This document shows positions 8,752 to 19,994 of a stretch of 44,998 nt of DNA, one piece after another (the stretch's first letter is position 1; every line of letters starts with the position of its first letter). The position numbers and the translations under genes are program-made. Origin of the DNA: an uncultured Gammaproteobacteria bacterium (GTDB lineage Bacteria; Patescibacteriota; Patescibacteriia; Magasanikbacterales; JBBTQS01); NCBI GenBank assembly GCA_964627525.1, contig CAZVIA010000008.1:3448-48445 (forward strand), read 5' to 3'. The notes beneath the pieces are model-generated. The model searched no databases and was not told the origin of the DNA. It worked only from the letters and a program-made list of their open reading frames with translations.

Positions 8752-10782
8752 TTATTTCCAACTTCCTTTGGTTTCAGTAAACCATTTTTCAATTTCATTA
8801 AATCGATCTGCTGGCACAACGATTTGACTAGCAGAAAAGTCTTTAATTTTTTTGCGTTGTGCGTAATTGTAAGTTGGGTTGTACAAGAAAATTGCTGGGA
8901 TTTCCTCATGCAAAATTTCTTGAAATTCTTGATATTTTTCAGCACGCACTTCATTATCATTAGTTTCGCGCGCTTCTTCTAATAATTTGTCTGCTTTGCG
9001 ATTTACAAATAAAGATAAGTTTAAACCTGGATCATCAACTTGTGAAGAATGCCAAAATGGATAAGGGTCAGAATCAGCTCCTAAAACTTCTCCAAATAAC
9101 AAAGCTTCATAGTTTCTGTTTTTAATAATTTCAGATTGAATTAACTGTGGGTCAATTACATATAAAATTGTGTGTACGCCGACTGCTTGCCAAAAAGATT
9201 GAATACTTTCAGCAGCTGCAATAGTTGCGTCATTGTTAACAGTTGTAATTGTTACAGTTAAAATTTTGTCTTTTTTGTTTTTTCTGAAAATTTCTTGCGA
9301 AGGAGGTGTTTCAGATTCAATTTGTTCACGAGCTAATTTTTGCAACTCTTCAAGTTTTTGTTCAGCTTCTGTTTTTTCGTCTATTAACATTTCATCATCC
9401 ACTACTTCGTCTTCATTATTTTCATCGCTAGTTTCATCATCAGCCGCATCTGCATCTTTGTCTTCATCCTCAACTATAACTTCAGCTTCTTCGGTCCACT
9501 CCTCAACTAATTGTTCAGTCCGCAATTCAACAAAACTTTCACGATTAATTGCTTCCCAACCAGCTTCATCTAATAAAGCTGTGCTTGTTGAAGGTGAAAA
9601 CTCATAAAAATTTGCATCATTTGCATATCCAATTTTTCCAGGCAAAATTGGTCCATAAATAATTTGAGCTTCTCCTTTTAATCCATCTTGAATTAATCTA
9701 CCTCTGTCAATTGCATGTTCTAACGCAATTCGCACATCATCATTTTCCAAAGCTGCATTTCTTTTTTCATTAAAAAACAAAGCAGTGTATTGCGGTAGTT
9801 GCAAAGTGTATAGATTAATATCACGTTTAATAATTGTTTCTTTTTTGTTTTGCGGTACAAAATGTATTCCATCAGCATGTTTGCTCAAAAATGTTTCAAC
9901 AGCACTTGCAATATCTGGCGCAAAATAAAATTTTAAGTTTTCAATAAAAGGAACACCTCGATAAAAGTTTTTATTATTTTCTAAAGTGTATCCAATTATA
10001 ATTCCGTTTTTGTTTTTACTTAAGGATTCAAATTTGTAAGGACCAGTTCCAATAGGTTTAATATTTGCATCAGCTAATTTCATTGAACTAGCATCTGTGT
10101 CTATCCACAAATGTTGTGGCAAAATTCCAGTTGTTAAAGTGTGTAGAAAAGGAGCAAATGGTTCCTCTAAAATCATTTTCAAATTATGATTATCAATTTT
10201 TTCAACTTCTACACCTTGAAAACTTAAGCGCAAAGGACTAGAAACATTTGGATCTTGGATTTTCAAGATTGTAAAAATTACATCATCAGCAGTAAAAGGA
10301 GTGCCATCATGCCAAAATATATTTTCCCGTAACTTAATATTGTAAACAGTCGTACTAACTGTAATTTCTTCAGCCAAATCTGGCATCAAAACACCTGAAC
10401 TATCATAACGCATCAAGCCAGAGTACATTAAGCGTACCAAATCTTGGTCAACTTCATTTGTTGTTGCAAATATTGGATTGATTAGGCGTGGTGTTCCAGT
10501 TATGACTTCACTATATTCACCGCCAATATCTGGAATTGATGTACGGTTTGATTTTATAAAACCAATACCAAGCCAAAGCACTCCAATAACTACAAGTAAA
10601 ATTGCTGCGCTAAAAATACGAGATTCTTTTTTTGTTAAAAATCTAAACAAAAATTTTATTTGTTTCAAAGACGGCAAACTGCGTTTACTAGTTTGTGCAA
10701 CAAGTTGAGCATCATGATGCTTTAATTGCGCAAGTTGTTTGCGTCTATTTTTAGTCTGTGGGCGACTATCGTCGCTATGCAT
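8752..10782 (-). CDS. ABC transporter substrate-binding protein, family 5 (peptide/nickel), membrane anchored
   Basis: N-terminal TM; PDLAE...LRENIFWHDGTPFTADDVIFT, PIGTGPYK, VRIALEHAIDR; acidic insertion at about 9300-9540. Start placed at ATG 10782, after the secG stop. Confidence 0.9.
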   Translation of the reverse strand: MHSDDSRPQTKNRRKQLAQLKHHDAQLVAQTSKRSLPSLKQIKFLFRFLTKKESRIFSAAILLVVIGVLWLGIGFIKSNRTSIPDIGGEYSEVITGTPRLINPIFATTNEVDQDLVRLMYSGLMRYDSSGVLMPDLAEEITVSTTVYNIKLRENIFWHDGTPFTADDVIFTILKIQDPNVSSPLRLSFQGVEVEKIDNHNLKMILEEPFAPFLHTLTTGILPQHLWIDTDASSMKLADANIKPIGTGPYKFESLSKNKNGIIIGYTLENNKNFYRGVPFIENLKFYFAPDIASAVETFLSKHADGIHFVPQNKKETIIKRDINLYTLQLPQYTALFFNEKRNAALENDDVRIALEHAIDRGRLIQDGLKGEAQIIYGPILPGKIGYANDANFYEFSPSTSTALLDEAGWEAINRESFVELRTEQLVEEWTEEAEVIVEDEDKDADAADDETSDENNEDEVVDDEMLIDEKTEAEQKLEELQKLAREQIESETPPSQEIFRKNKKDKILTVTITTVNNDATIAAAESIQSFWQAVGVHTILYVIDPQLIQSEIIKNRNYEALLFGEVLGADSDPYPFWHSSQVDDPGLNLSLFVNRKADKLLEEARETNDNEVRAEKYQEFQEILHEEIPAIFLYNPTYNYAQRKKIKDFSASQIVVPADRFNEIEKWFTETKGSWK

Positions 10783-10789
10783 AATTTTA

Positions 10790-11005
10790 TTAAACCAAAA
10801 CGTGCACAAATGACACGCCAAAGAAAAGAATTGAGAGAATTATTGTTGCTCGAAATAATGTTTTTTCAATACCACGTTTTGTGGTGTAGACAGCACTTCC
10901 ACCCCCAAAAGCTGCACCTAATCCGCTTCCACGTTGTTGCAAAAGAATAGCGCTAATCAATAGTACTCCAAGAATTATTTCAATTATGTTGAGGGTAAAA
11001 TCCAT
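10790..11005 (-). CDS. secG: Preprotein translocase subunit SecG
   Basis: ILLQQRGSGLGAAFGG...RGIEKTLFRATIILSILF; two TM helices; start at ATG 11005. Confidence 0.93.
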   Translation of the reverse strand: MDFTLNIIEIILGVLLISAILLQQRGSGLGAAFGGGSAVYTTKRGIEKTLFRATIILSILFFGVSFVHVLV

Positions 11006-11093
11006 AAGTTCAAGTTTAACTATAGCAGATATGCACAAATCCGTCAATACCCCTCTGCTCATAATCAAGTATATGATATACTATACTTGTTTT

Positions 11094-11792
11094 ATGAATA
11101 AAAACAAGTGGCATTGGATTTCAATTGCTGTGATTATTGTTTTCGCTATGTTAGCGTTTGGTTTTTTAGTAATGAGAAATTATTCAGATATTATTCGTGC
11201 ACAAAAGCTCGGGGTAAATTCAGATTTTTTTACAGAATCTAAAGAAGGTATTAATTTAAAAATTCCAGATGGACCGCAACGTCAAGTTGAGATAGGGGAT
11301 CATGCAACATCAGGTCCTGATACAGCAAAAATTACAGTTGTAGGGTTTGGGGATTTTCAGTGTCCTTATTGCCAAAGAGCTTTTCCGATTTTTAGATTTA
11401 TTTTAAATAAGTATTCAAATGATGTGCGGTTTGTTTACAGACATTTTCCAGTTGCAGATTCACATCCAGATTCTATAAATGCAGCAATGGCTTCAGAGTG
11501 TGCAAGAGATCAGGGAAGGTTTTGGGAATATCATGATATCTTATTTCAAAATCCATCTGCTTTGGCGGCTGATGATTTAAAGTTGTATGCAAATGGTTTG
11601 GGATTAGATAGCGCAAAGTTTGCGACTTGTCTTGAGACAAGTGAGAAAAAAGATTTGATTGCAGGTGATTATGAAGCTGCATTAAAAGCTGGTGTACAAG
11701 GAACACCAACTTATTTTGTAAATGGTTTTCGTGTGCAGGGGTTTTTGCCTGTGCAAGCTTGGGATGAGTTATTTGAGAAATTTTTGAAATAA
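11094..11792 (+). CDS. DsbA-family thioredoxin-fold oxidoreductase, membrane anchored
   Basis: N-terminal TM; FGDFQCPYC, YRHFP and GVQGTPTYFVNG. Start moved to MNKNK (11094) to avoid overlap with secG. Confidence 0.93.
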   Translation: MNKNKWHWISIAVIIVFAMLAFGFLVMRNYSDIIRAQKLGVNSDFFTESKEGINLKIPDGPQRQVEIGDHATSGPDTAKITVVGFGDFQCPYCQRAFPIFRFILNKYSNDVRFVYRHFPVADSHPDSINAAMASECARDQGRFWEYHDILFQNPSALAADDLKLYANGLGLDSAKFATCLETSEKKDLIAGDYEAALKAGVQGTPTYFVNGFRVQGFLPVQAWDELFEKFLK

Positions 11793-11805
11793 ATTTTTAG
11801 AGGGC

Positions 11806-14800
11806 ATGTTAATAATAAAAACTTTTGGAAAAACATTTTTAACACTAGGAATATTTTTAATGCCTTTGTTTTTGTTGTTGCCTGTTGAGGCAAATGCTGC
11901 GGGTGAAAAAAGTTGTTGTATTTATCAAGATTCAGTTGGTATAGCAGGTTGTTTAAACGTGCAAATACCAAGTGGAATGGCAGAGCCTGAAGAAGGAGGG
12001 TATGAATCAGTTTTGTGTAAAGGTGATCCTGCTGGTCTAGGTGAATTAGATTCAATTGATGTAATAATTTCTCCAGGTTACTGTAATTCGCCAAACAATG
12101 CTAAGTCAGATTCTGAAGGTGGAATGGGTTGTAATAGTCCGGATGGTGATAAAAGTAATATAAGTTCTTTTAATATAATAAAGAAAGTTTGGGATGATAA
12201 AATTACTTGTGCATACTATTCAGGAAATAAATTTGTAGGATGTAAACAATTTACAAAATCAGAACAAGTAAAAGCTGGTGTGGAAGTAGGGTGTCCAAAT
12301 GTGGTTAATTATTCTTATGAAGAATTTCCAGGTTTTAAAAATTTATATCTTTGTTCTAATCCAGACAAAACAGCCAGTGTAGATTTTGAGAATGTATTTA
12401 ATAACATGTCACAAGTTCCAACAACTGAATTTGAGGTTGCCAAAGGTTCCCAGTGTTGTGTTTATTATACAGATATAAATAAAGACAACATACCTCACTC
12501 AAAAGAGGTGGCACTGTGTTTATCGTCAATACAAAAAAATGGTAAGAGTTATTGTGATGCTACTGGTGGAAAAATAAATGCAAGTCAAGGTAAAATTGGA
12601 GTAGCATCTCCAAAGAAATGTGATGTATTAGAATTGTGTGTGAAAACGGATAAGTGTTGTTTGGTTTATGATGATATTGCAAATCCAAAAAATGAATATA
12701 CTGATGAAGATAATTTATTACAATGTAGTCCAGCTCAAGTCGGTTGCACATTGGATTTGTATTACACAGCCAATCAAGCTGGACAACATCCAACTGTTCA
12801 TAATAAACAAGTAGAACAAAAGTGTGGTGACATACCAGCTTGTGGTGGAAAAATTTTAACAAACACACAGGCTTTACAAAAAGTATCTCAAGTGCAAACA
12901 CAAGATAAGCAAGAATATGATACTGCGACACTTGGTGTGACTGGTCCAGAAAAATGGACACGTCAATCGTGTTTGAAAAATAAATATCATTGGGAACCAC
13001 CAGCTGGCAAAAAAGATTTAGATGAAGGTCCTTATTGTTTTGTTTTGCCAGAAGTAGCTTTGCAACAAGAAATTTTTGGAGTTAAAGCAGTAACAATTAC
13101 TGGTTATGTTCCTTTGGTGTTTGATCTTGGTTTTATTCTTTTGACTTTGGTTAGTGTTGGTGGTTTGGTTGGGGCTGGTTTTCAAATGAGAGGTGCTGTT
13201 GATCCACAAACAATTATGGCAGCAAAAGGGTTAATGATTGGAAGTACTGTTGCTTTGGGAATTGGTGGTGGAAGTTTTGCATTATTAAATACAGTTTCTC
13301 CAGCAACAATTTCTGGCCAGCCACCAGCTGTCATGGCGGTTTTGCCACAAGAATTTGATTTGGGAGATTTGATGTCAGGGTTGGTTGGAAAAGAGTTGTG
13401 TTGTAGAGGAAAATTGTGTTTACCTGAAACAGTGGAAAAAGGTGGAAAAAGAAGTATTAAAATAGGTGAGGAGGTTTTTAAATATGAAGTAGAAGCTGAT
13501 GAGTGCACACACATGAAAGGGGTTGGAGAATTTTGTAGAAAAGGAAGTATACAAGAAAAAGAATGTGCTAAAAGAGGTGGTGAGTGTGTTTTTCCTGCTA
13601 GTGCAGATCCGAAAAATTGGGGAGAATGTGGTAAAGCGTTTAATGATGTTGTTTCAAAAGTTACAACAGCGAGTGAATTTGCTGGTTGGTTTTCTGGTCC
13701 GTGGTTTGTTGTGACTTCAATGTTTGGTAGTTTGCAGTCATCTATTGATGCAACAATTCCAGGTGAAGGTCCTTTGGGTGCTTGTGTTATTCCTAAAACT
13801 AGTGAAAAAAATGGGGCAAAATGTTGGAGTAATGATCAATGCGCTTCAAAAAAATGTGTTAGTTATTCTGAAACTTCAAATTGTTTTATTGAAAAAGAGT
13901 GGGGTTATTGTTCAAGTGGTGATTTATTTACAAATTGTGAACCAAATGGAAATACCTTGACAGGAAAAAAAGGTTTATATATACAACAAAATACATGTAG
14001 GGAAGATTATGGGTGTTTTTACGCATCTGATGAAGATCCTAGATTGTATCATGACTCATATGAATGCAGTGATGGTTCATTAGGATCAGCATGTGGTGTT
14101 CCAAAAAGCGCAAGTGGTGGTTATGAAGTAAAATATGGTACTTGTGCAGATGGTAGTGGTTGTGACCAGGGTTCTACATGCAAAGGTGGGGCAGAATGTA
14201 AAAAAACTTGTGGTTCAGGTTTGGAGTGTATTGAGGTTAAGGGCAATGTTAGGTGTTTACCATCATCAAATGGTCCAACAGCCCCTTGTGTACAAAAAAC
14301 TGATTTTATTACCAGACCTGATACATGTAAATTTGCAGATGTTGGATTAAAATGTATAGGTGGAGATAAAATTGGTGAAACTGGAACATGTAGTACTCTT
14401 ACACAAAGTTTTGGTGCTGCTTGTGTTTTTGATTCAAAGCAAGGTGTGGGTTCGAGTCAAGGTGGTGTAATAATTGAGCAGTGTAAGGTCAAACCTTCAG
14501 ACAGTGATTTGAAAAGCAAGTTGGGTAAATCCGTTTGCTATAAAGGAGACTATGGTTTTCCTACTGGAGTTTGTGGTTGGTATAAGAGGGATGTTGGGGG
14601 CACAACAGCTTTTGGTTGGCCATTAAATAATGCTGGTAATTTTTATCCAGAAGATGATGAAGATGATGCTATGTCACTAACTTTGCAGTTTAAGAAATAT
14701 GAGGCATTGTGTGATGTAGGTCCTATAAAAACATTATTTGAAAATTATGCTGGTGCAGAATTTTTTCAAGGTAAAATAATTTCAGAGTCAGTTGCTTGTA

Positions 14801-15045
14801 CTGATGCAATTAAAGGTAAGAAATCACAAGTTAGAAAATTGTTAACAGAATATTATAGTAAGAAAAATATTTCAGATGTGGAATCCTATGTAACTGGAAA
14901 AATGGATGGAGCAGAAGGTGTTGCAGCTTGTGTTTGGAAGCCTGAATATGGAGGAAATAAAAAAATTGGTAAGTGTGGTTTTGTAATTAGTGTAGATATG
15001 TTCACGCCAAATCAGTATCACTTTCTTTTTGTACCAAATAAATAA
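11806..15045 (+). CDS. Large secreted cysteine-rich protein with internal pilin-like (TrbC/VirB2-type) hydrophobic hairpin
   Basis: Signal peptide ending ANA; repeated CC-x-Y modules; central GYVPLVFDLGFILL...GAGFQM...AAKGLMIGSTVALGI..GSFALLNTVSP resembling CPR pilins; EGF/Dickkopf-like Cys clusters after it. Confidence 0.7.
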   Translation: MLIIKTFGKTFLTLGIFLMPLFLLLPVEANAAGEKSCCIYQDSVGIAGCLNVQIPSGMAEPEEGGYESVLCKGDPAGLGELDSIDVIISPGYCNSPNNAKSDSEGGMGCNSPDGDKSNISSFNIIKKVWDDKITCAYYSGNKFVGCKQFTKSEQVKAGVEVGCPNVVNYSYEEFPGFKNLYLCSNPDKTASVDFENVFNNMSQVPTTEFEVAKGSQCCVYYTDINKDNIPHSKEVALCLSSIQKNGKSYCDATGGKINASQGKIGVASPKKCDVLELCVKTDKCCLVYDDIANPKNEYTDEDNLLQCSPAQVGCTLDLYYTANQAGQHPTVHNKQVEQKCGDIPACGGKILTNTQALQKVSQVQTQDKQEYDTATLGVTGPEKWTRQSCLKNKYHWEPPAGKKDLDEGPYCFVLPEVALQQEIFGVKAVTITGYVPLVFDLGFILLTLVSVGGLVGAGFQMRGAVDPQTIMAAKGLMIGSTVALGIGGGSFALLNTVSPATISGQPPAVMAVLPQEFDLGDLMSGLVGKELCCRGKLCLPETVEKGGKRSIKIGEEVFKYEVEADECTHMKGVGEFCRKGSIQEKECAKRGGECVFPASADPKNWGECGKAFNDVVSKVTTASEFAGWFSGPWFVVTSMFGSLQSSIDATIPGEGPLGACVIPKTSEKNGAKCWSNDQCASKKCVSYSETSNCFIEKEWGYCSSGDLFTNCEPNGNTLTGKKGLYIQQNTCREDYGCFYASDEDPRLYHDSYECSDGSLGSACGVPKSASGGYEVKYGTCADGSGCDQGSTCKGGAECKKTCGSGLECIEVKGNVRCLPSSNGPTAPCVQKTDFITRPDTCKFADVGLKCIGGDKIGETGTCSTLTQSFGAACVFDSKQGVGSSQGGVIIEQCKVKPSDSDLKSKLGKSVCYKGDYGFPTGVCGWYKRDVGGTTAFGWPLNNAGNFYPEDDEDDAMSLTLQFKKYEALCDVGPIKTLFENYAGAEFFQGKIISESVACTDAIKGKKSQVRKLLTEYYSKKNISDVESYVTGKMDGAEGVAACVWKPEYGGNKKIGKCGFVISVDMFTPNQYHFLFVPNK

Positions 15046-15119
15046 GATTAAATAGGAAGTTTGACCTCTAAACAATACTGTGTTATGCTATACACCGCTT
15101 ATATATATCAAAAAGGTGT

Positions 15120-17996
15120 ATGGCCCAAACAAAATCACAACAAAAAACTCAATGCAACAAACAACACAAGAATATCCTTTCAATCAAAGGCTCTCGTGTT
15201 CATAATTTGAAGAATATTTCTTTGGACATTCCAAAGAATTCTTTAGTTGTGATAACTGGTCTTTCAGGTTCTGGAAAATCTTCATTAGCTTTTGACACAA
15301 TTTATGCAGAAGGCCAGCGTCGTTATGCTGAATCTTTGTCTTCATATGCTCGTCAGTTTATGGACTTGCAAGACAAACCAGATGTAGATGAAATTAAAGG
15401 CTTGTCACCAACAATAGCAATTGATCAAAAATCAACTTCACGAAATCCACGTTCAACAGTTGGAACTGTTACAGAAATTTATGATCATCTGCGATTGTTG
15501 TTTTCTCGCATTGGCCAACAGTTTTGTCCTGATTGTGAAAAACCAGTTATAAGATATAGTACTGGTTCAATTGTAGAAGAAATTCGTAAGTTGGGTCGCA
15601 ATGGTCATGAGTATTTAATTTTAGCTCCAATTTTTACAGATCAATCTGTTGATAAAAAAACTTTGCTTTCACAAGTTGAGCGCAGTGGTTTTGAATATGT
15701 GAGATTTGATGGAGTGTTAATGAAGCGTGATGAATTAGAGTTGATTGATGTTATGCCAAAAATGGCGCACTCTTTAGATGTGGTAGTTGGTCGTATAACT
15801 GATGTTAAGAAAAATAATATCACATCTTTTGTTGAAACTGGAAGTGAGTTAGGAAATGGTCGTGTAATTGTTTATGACATGGATGAAGATGAGGACAAAA
15901 TGTTTTCAGAACAATATGTGTGTAGTAGTTGTGGAAAAGAAATCGCAGAAATTGAGTCGCGTACTTTTAGTTTTAATAGTCCACACGGTGCATGTCCTCG
16001 TTGTACTGGTTTGGGAAGAGTTTTGGATGTAGATAAAACTCTTGTAATCCCAAATCAAAAACTTACATTAGCAGAAGGTGCTATCCAACCATGGACTCGT
16101 ATAACTGGAAATCAAGCTTGGTATCAAAAATTATTAGAAGCAGTTGCTGAAGAAAATAATTTTTCAGTAAACAAACCAGTTAAAGATTTGTCAAAACGTG
16201 TAATGGATGTTTTGTATTATGGAACAGATGGTAAGCATTATGTAATAGATGATAAGTCAACGGTTTTTGAAGGAATTATTCCAAACTTAACTCAACGTCA
16301 TGCAGAAACTCAAAGTGATTATATTCGCAAAGAAATTGAGCAATATATGCGTGAAAGTGTTTGTCCAATTTGTGAAGGAAAACGTCTAAAAAAAGAAGCT
16401 TTGTCTGTGCGAATTGGTGATTATTCAATTGCAGATATTATTGGAATGAGTTTGGATGAATCACTTTTGTTTTTTAGTGGTTTAGAAAAAGACACATCTG
16501 TTTCAGTAAAATTTACAGAGCGCGACAAAAAAATTGCCAAACCGATTATTAAAGAGGTTTTAACACGTTTGCAGGATTTAATAAAAGTTGGTTTAGATTA
16601 TTTAACTTTGGATCGTGCAATGTCAACTTTGTCTGGTGGTGAGGCGCAACGAGTGCGTTTGTCTACACAACTTTCAACTGGTTTGACTGGAGTAATTTAT
16701 ATTTTAGATGAACCTTCAATAGGTTTGCATCCAAAAGATAATGAAAAATTAATTGGAACTTTAAAAGAATTGCGCGATTTAGGAAACAGTGTGATTGTTG
16801 TTGAGCATGATGAGGCAATGATGTTGGCTGCAGATTATTTAATTGATATTGGTCCTGGTGCTGGTGTTTATGGTGGAGAAATTGTTGCAGCAGGTACAGT
16901 TGATCAAGTTAAAAAAACAACAAAGTCGCCAACCGCAAAATATTTAAATGGAAAAGTTCAAATTCCAATTCCTAAAAAAATTCATAAAGGTAACGGCAAA
17001 AAATTGACGATTGTTGGGGCTAAAGCTTTTAACTTAAAAAATATTGATGTTGATGTGCCTCTTGGAAAATTTGTTTGTGTGACTGGTGTTTCTGGTTCTG
17101 GTAAATCATCTTTAATAATTGATATTTTGTCTAAGGCTTTGGCATCTGAATTACATCGTGCAAAAGCTGCACCAAGTGAACACAAAACAATTAAAGGGTT
17201 GCGAAATGTAGATAAGGTAATTGCAATTGATCAGACTGCTATTGGGCGTACGCCAAGAAGTAATCCAGCGACTTATACTGGTTTGTTTACTTTAATTCGT
17301 GATTTGTTTACACAAGTGCCAGAGGCAGAGTTGCGTGGTTATGGTGCTGGTAAGTTTAGTTTTAATGTAAAAGGTGGTGGACGTTGTGAAGCTTGTGCTG
17401 GTGAGGGTTATGTTAGAATTCCAATGCAATTTTTAACAGATGTTTTTGTTGAGTGTCAGGAATGTGAAGGTCGCCGTTACAATAAAGAGGCTTTAGAAAT
17501 TCATTATAAAGGAAAAAATATTTCAGATGTTTTGGACATGACTGTTGAGGAAGCTTATAGATTTTTTTCAGATATTTCATCAATTGCAGATAAGTTGCAG
17601 ATTTTGAGAAATGTTGGTTTGGGGTATGTTGCTTTGGGACAGCCAGCAACAACTTTGTCTGGTGGTGAGGCACAACGTGTGAAGTTGGCAACTGAATTAT
17701 CTCGCAGAGCAACTGGTAAGACTTTGTATATTTTGGATGAACCAACAACTGGTTTACATTTTGAGGATATTAAGCAATTATTAAATGTTTTGTCTCAATT
17801 GGTTGATAAAGGAAATACAGTGTTGGTGATTGAACATAATTTAGATGTAATAAAATCTGCTGACTGGGTGATTGATATGGGGCCTGAAGGTGGTAAAAGA
17901 GGTGGAGAAGTGGTTGCTGAGGGTGAGCCAAAGCAGGTTGCAAAGACAAAACAAAGCTTTACTGGACAATATTTGAAAGATGTGCTAAAAAAGTAG
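15120..17996 (+). CDS. uvrA: Excinuclease ABC subunit A
   Basis: Two ABC ATPase domains ([26 protein letters not shown] twice), zinc fingers, [10 protein letters not shown]. Confidence 0.99.
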   Translation: MAQTKSQQKTQCNKQHKNILSIKGSRVHNLKNISLDIPKNSLVVITGLSGSGKSSLAFDTIYAEGQRRYAESLSSYARQFMDLQDKPDVDEIKGLSPTIAIDQKSTSRNPRSTVGTVTEIYDHLRLLFSRIGQQFCPDCEKPVIRYSTGSIVEEIRKLGRNGHEYLILAPIFTDQSVDKKTLLSQVERSGFEYVRFDGVLMKRDELELIDVMPKMAHSLDVVVGRITDVKKNNITSFVETGSELGNGRVIVYDMDEDEDKMFSEQYVCSSCGKEIAEIESRTFSFNSPHGACPRCTGLGRVLDVDKTLVIPNQKLTLAEGAIQPWTRITGNQAWYQKLLEAVAEENNFSVNKPVKDLSKRVMDVLYYGTDGKHYVIDDKSTVFEGIIPNLTQRHAETQSDYIRKEIEQYMRESVCPICEGKRLKKEALSVRIGDYSIADIIGMSLDESLLFFSGLEKDTSVSVKFTERDKKIAKPIIKEVLTRLQDLIKVGLDYLTLDRAMSTLSGGEAQRVRLSTQLSTGLTGVIYILDEPSIGLHPKDNEKLIGTLKELRDLGNSVIVVEHDEAMMLAADYLIDIGPGAGVYGGEIVAAGTVDQVKKTTKSPTAKYLNGKVQIPIPKKIHKGNGKKLTIVGAKAFNLKNIDVDVPLGKFVCVTGVSGSGKSSLIIDILSKALASELHRAKAAPSEHKTIKGLRNVDKVIAIDQTAIGRTPRSNPATYTGLFTLIRDLFTQVPEAELRGYGAGKFSFNVKGGGRCEACAGEGYVRIPMQFLTDVFVECQECEGRRYNKEALEIHYKGKNISDVLDMTVEEAYRFFSDISSIADKLQILRNVGLGYVALGQPATTLSGGEAQRVKLATELSRRATGKTLYILDEPTTGLHFEDIKQLLNVLSQLVDKGNTVLVIEHNLDVIKSADWVIDMGPEGGKRGGEVVAEGEPKQVAKTKQSFTGQYLKDVLKK

Positions 17997-18087
17997 TGTG
18001 CATAAACAACAGGTAAGTTAAACGATGATTTGCACAAATAGCCCTGGGATAAAATGACCTTTAATTAAGGTAGAGATTCCCAGGGCT
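17997..18087 (+). ncRNA. Dual-spacer stem-loop array, 2 units (TIGR-like candidate guide RNA)
   Basis: TGTGC-[ATA aacaacagg T AAGT TA aacgatgat TT]-GCACA and AGCCCTGGG-[ATA aaatgacct T TAAT TA aggtagaga TT]-CCCAGGGCT, immediately after the uvrA stop. Confidence 0.7.
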
Positions 18088-18099
18088 TTTCTTATTTAA

Positions 18100-18133
18100 T
18101 TCAAAAATCCCGGCTCTGACCGGGATTTTTGAA
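18100..18133. terminator. Bidirectional intrinsic terminator between uvrA and rplS
   Basis: TTCAAAAATCCCGG-CTCTGA-CCGGGATTTTTGAA perfect inverted repeat. Confidence 0.75.
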
Positions 18134-18172
18134 TAGATAATTTTTGTTTTAAAACCTTTTGTTTTTATTTGC

Positions 18173-18613
18173 TTAAGCACTAATTTTTGCACTTTCATCA
18201 GGTTTTTCAGCCTGATCTTCAGCTGATTTTTTTATTTTATTTTTAGGAGTTGATTTTTGCGCTTTTTCATCAACTTCTTTTATTTCTTTTAATTTTTTCT
18301 TAAATCTAGGATTGCGTAAATACCCAAGTTTGCTCTGTTTTACACGATATTTAGCAATAACTTCAATGCCAGCTACAACAGGTGAGTGCAGTGGAATGAT
18401 TTTTTCAACCCCAACTCCCTCACTTATCTTACGAACTGTGATAGTAGCACCAGTCTCATTTCCGTGCTTTCTACCAATAACCATACCCTCAAAAACCTGA
18501 ATTCTAGTCTTTTCTTCACCTTTTTTGCCAATATCTTTAATTTTCAAAGAAACACGCACTTTTGCGCCTGGCTGTACATCTTGATAGATTTTGTTTGTTT
18601 TTTCTTCTGACAT
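18173..18613 (-). CDS. rplS: 50S ribosomal protein L19
   Basis: RIQVFEGMVI...TITVRKISEGVGVEKIIPLHSP...RVKQSKLGYLR. Confidence 0.96.
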   Translation of the reverse strand: MSEEKTNKIYQDVQPGAKVRVSLKIKDIGKKGEEKTRIQVFEGMVIGRKHGNETGATITVRKISEGVGVEKIIPLHSPVVAGIEVIAKYRVKQSKLGYLRNPRFKKKLKEIKEVDEKAQKSTPKNKIKKSAEDQAEKPDESAKISA

Positions 18614-18690
18614 ATGGTTTCAGATACGAGCACATTGTATCTAAACGGTAAAAAATAGTCAAGTATTATAAAAAATAACCAGTACACCAC

Positions 18691-19242
18691 TTATTTTTTT
18701 ATATGTTTAATTATTTCCTCTACAATTTGATCTGCATTTTTATCTGAAGTATCAATCCACAAATCGTAATGAGTTTTTTCAAAAATATTCAGACCATCAT
18801 AGTATTTTGCATAACGCAAAGAATCTGAAGCAATTCGTTTTTTATTTGCTTCAATCAACTCATCAACATTTGCATATTTATTTTGATTGCGTTTTTCTGG
18901 ATCATTTTGCAAATCAGTAAAAATTCTCTGTGCCCCTTTCATCTCATCAACATCTAAAAAGATTTTTAAAGATTTTGGAATAAAATAAAAACTCACTCGT
19001 CCTTGTATCACAAAATTATCTTCTTGTTCTGCTAATTCAGTTTGATATTTATCTGGTTCAAGATCAGTACTTGGATCTGTTTCACCCAATTTATTATATT
19101 CTTCAATAGTCATGTTTCGCTTTCGCGCCATTTCTCTTCGCAACATTCCAACATCATACAAATTATAATCAAGCTGCTCAGCAAGTTTTGTTCCAACCGT
19201 TGTTTTTCCTGCACCAGGTTTACCAGAAATAGTTATGATCAT
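18691..19242 (-). CDS. cmk: Cytidylate kinase (short, archaeal-type Cmk)
   Basis: MIITISGKPGAGKTTV P-loop; VIQGR; RIASDSLRYAKYY; YDLWIDT. Confidence 0.85.
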   Translation of the reverse strand: MIITISGKPGAGKTTVGTKLAEQLDYNLYDVGMLRREMARKRNMTIEEYNKLGETDPSTDLEPDKYQTELAEQEDNFVIQGRVSFYFIPKSLKIFLDVDEMKGAQRIFTDLQNDPEKRNQNKYANVDELIEANKKRIASDSLRYAKYYDGLNIFEKTHYDLWIDTSDKNADQIVEEIIKHIKK

Positions 19243-19260
19243 AATTTAAATCCTATGTTT

Positions 19261-19956
19261 TTATAATTTTTCTAAAATATTTTTTAAATCATTTGGCAAG
19301 TCTGAAGAAAATTTTTGTTTCTCACCTTCCATATCTACAAATCCCAATTCGCTTGCATGCAAAAAAATTCTGTTAGACATTTTTTCAATTTTGTCTCGAC
19401 CAAATTTTTTATTGTAATAAATTTTGTCACCAACAATTGGATGATTAAAAGCAAAAAGATGAACGCGAATTTGGTGTGTGCGACCGGTTTTTGGTTTTGC
19501 TAAAACCAAGCTGTGGTTAACAAATCTTTTTTCAACTTCAAAAAAAGTTATAGCATCTTTTCCTTCCTGGCTTTTTGGGCGCGCAACCATTTTTCCTTTT
19601 TTAACTCTGGTTTTGGATCGTGCAATTGAAAAATCAATTTTACCAAGATCTGGCTCAACAACACCATGTACTAAAGCAGTGTATTTTTTTTCAATTTTAC
19701 GATCTTGAAATTGGTTTTTAATATAATCAAAAAATTCTTGAGTACGTGCAACCAACATTACTCCAGACACATCTTTATCCAAACGATGTACAATTCCAGG
19801 TCGCACATCAGTATTATCTCCAACTTCAGCAACCTCAGGATATTTTTTTAAAATCCAAGAAACCACAGTTTCTTTTTCGTTTTTTGCAGTGGGGTGAGCT
19901 AATAAGCCAGAAGGCTTGTCTAAAATTAGGTAATTTTTAGTTTCTGTTAATAACAT
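19261..19956 (-). CDS. RluA-family pseudouridine synthase
   Basis: DKPSGLLAHP, RPGIVHRLDKDVSG, TGRTHQIRVHL, LHA; no S4 domain. Confidence 0.95.
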   Translation of the reverse strand: MLLTETKNYLILDKPSGLLAHPTAKNEKETVVSWILKKYPEVAEVGDNTDVRPGIVHRLDKDVSGVMLVARTQEFFDYIKNQFQDRKIEKKYTALVHGVVEPDLGKIDFSIARSKTRVKKGKMVARPKSQEGKDAITFFEVEKRFVNHSLVLAKPKTGRTHQIRVHLFAFNHPIVGDKIYYNKKFGRDKIEKMSNRIFLHASELGFVDMEGEKQKFSSDLPNDLKNILEKL

Positions 19957-19959
19957 GAT

Positions 19960-19988
19960 TTGACAGTTTAATATCTATAATGTATCAT
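19960..19988 (+). promoter_or_regulatory. Sigma70 promoter
   Basis: TTGACA (19960-19965), 17 bp, TATCAT (19983-19988). Confidence 0.6.
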
Positions 19989-19994
19989 ACCCGC

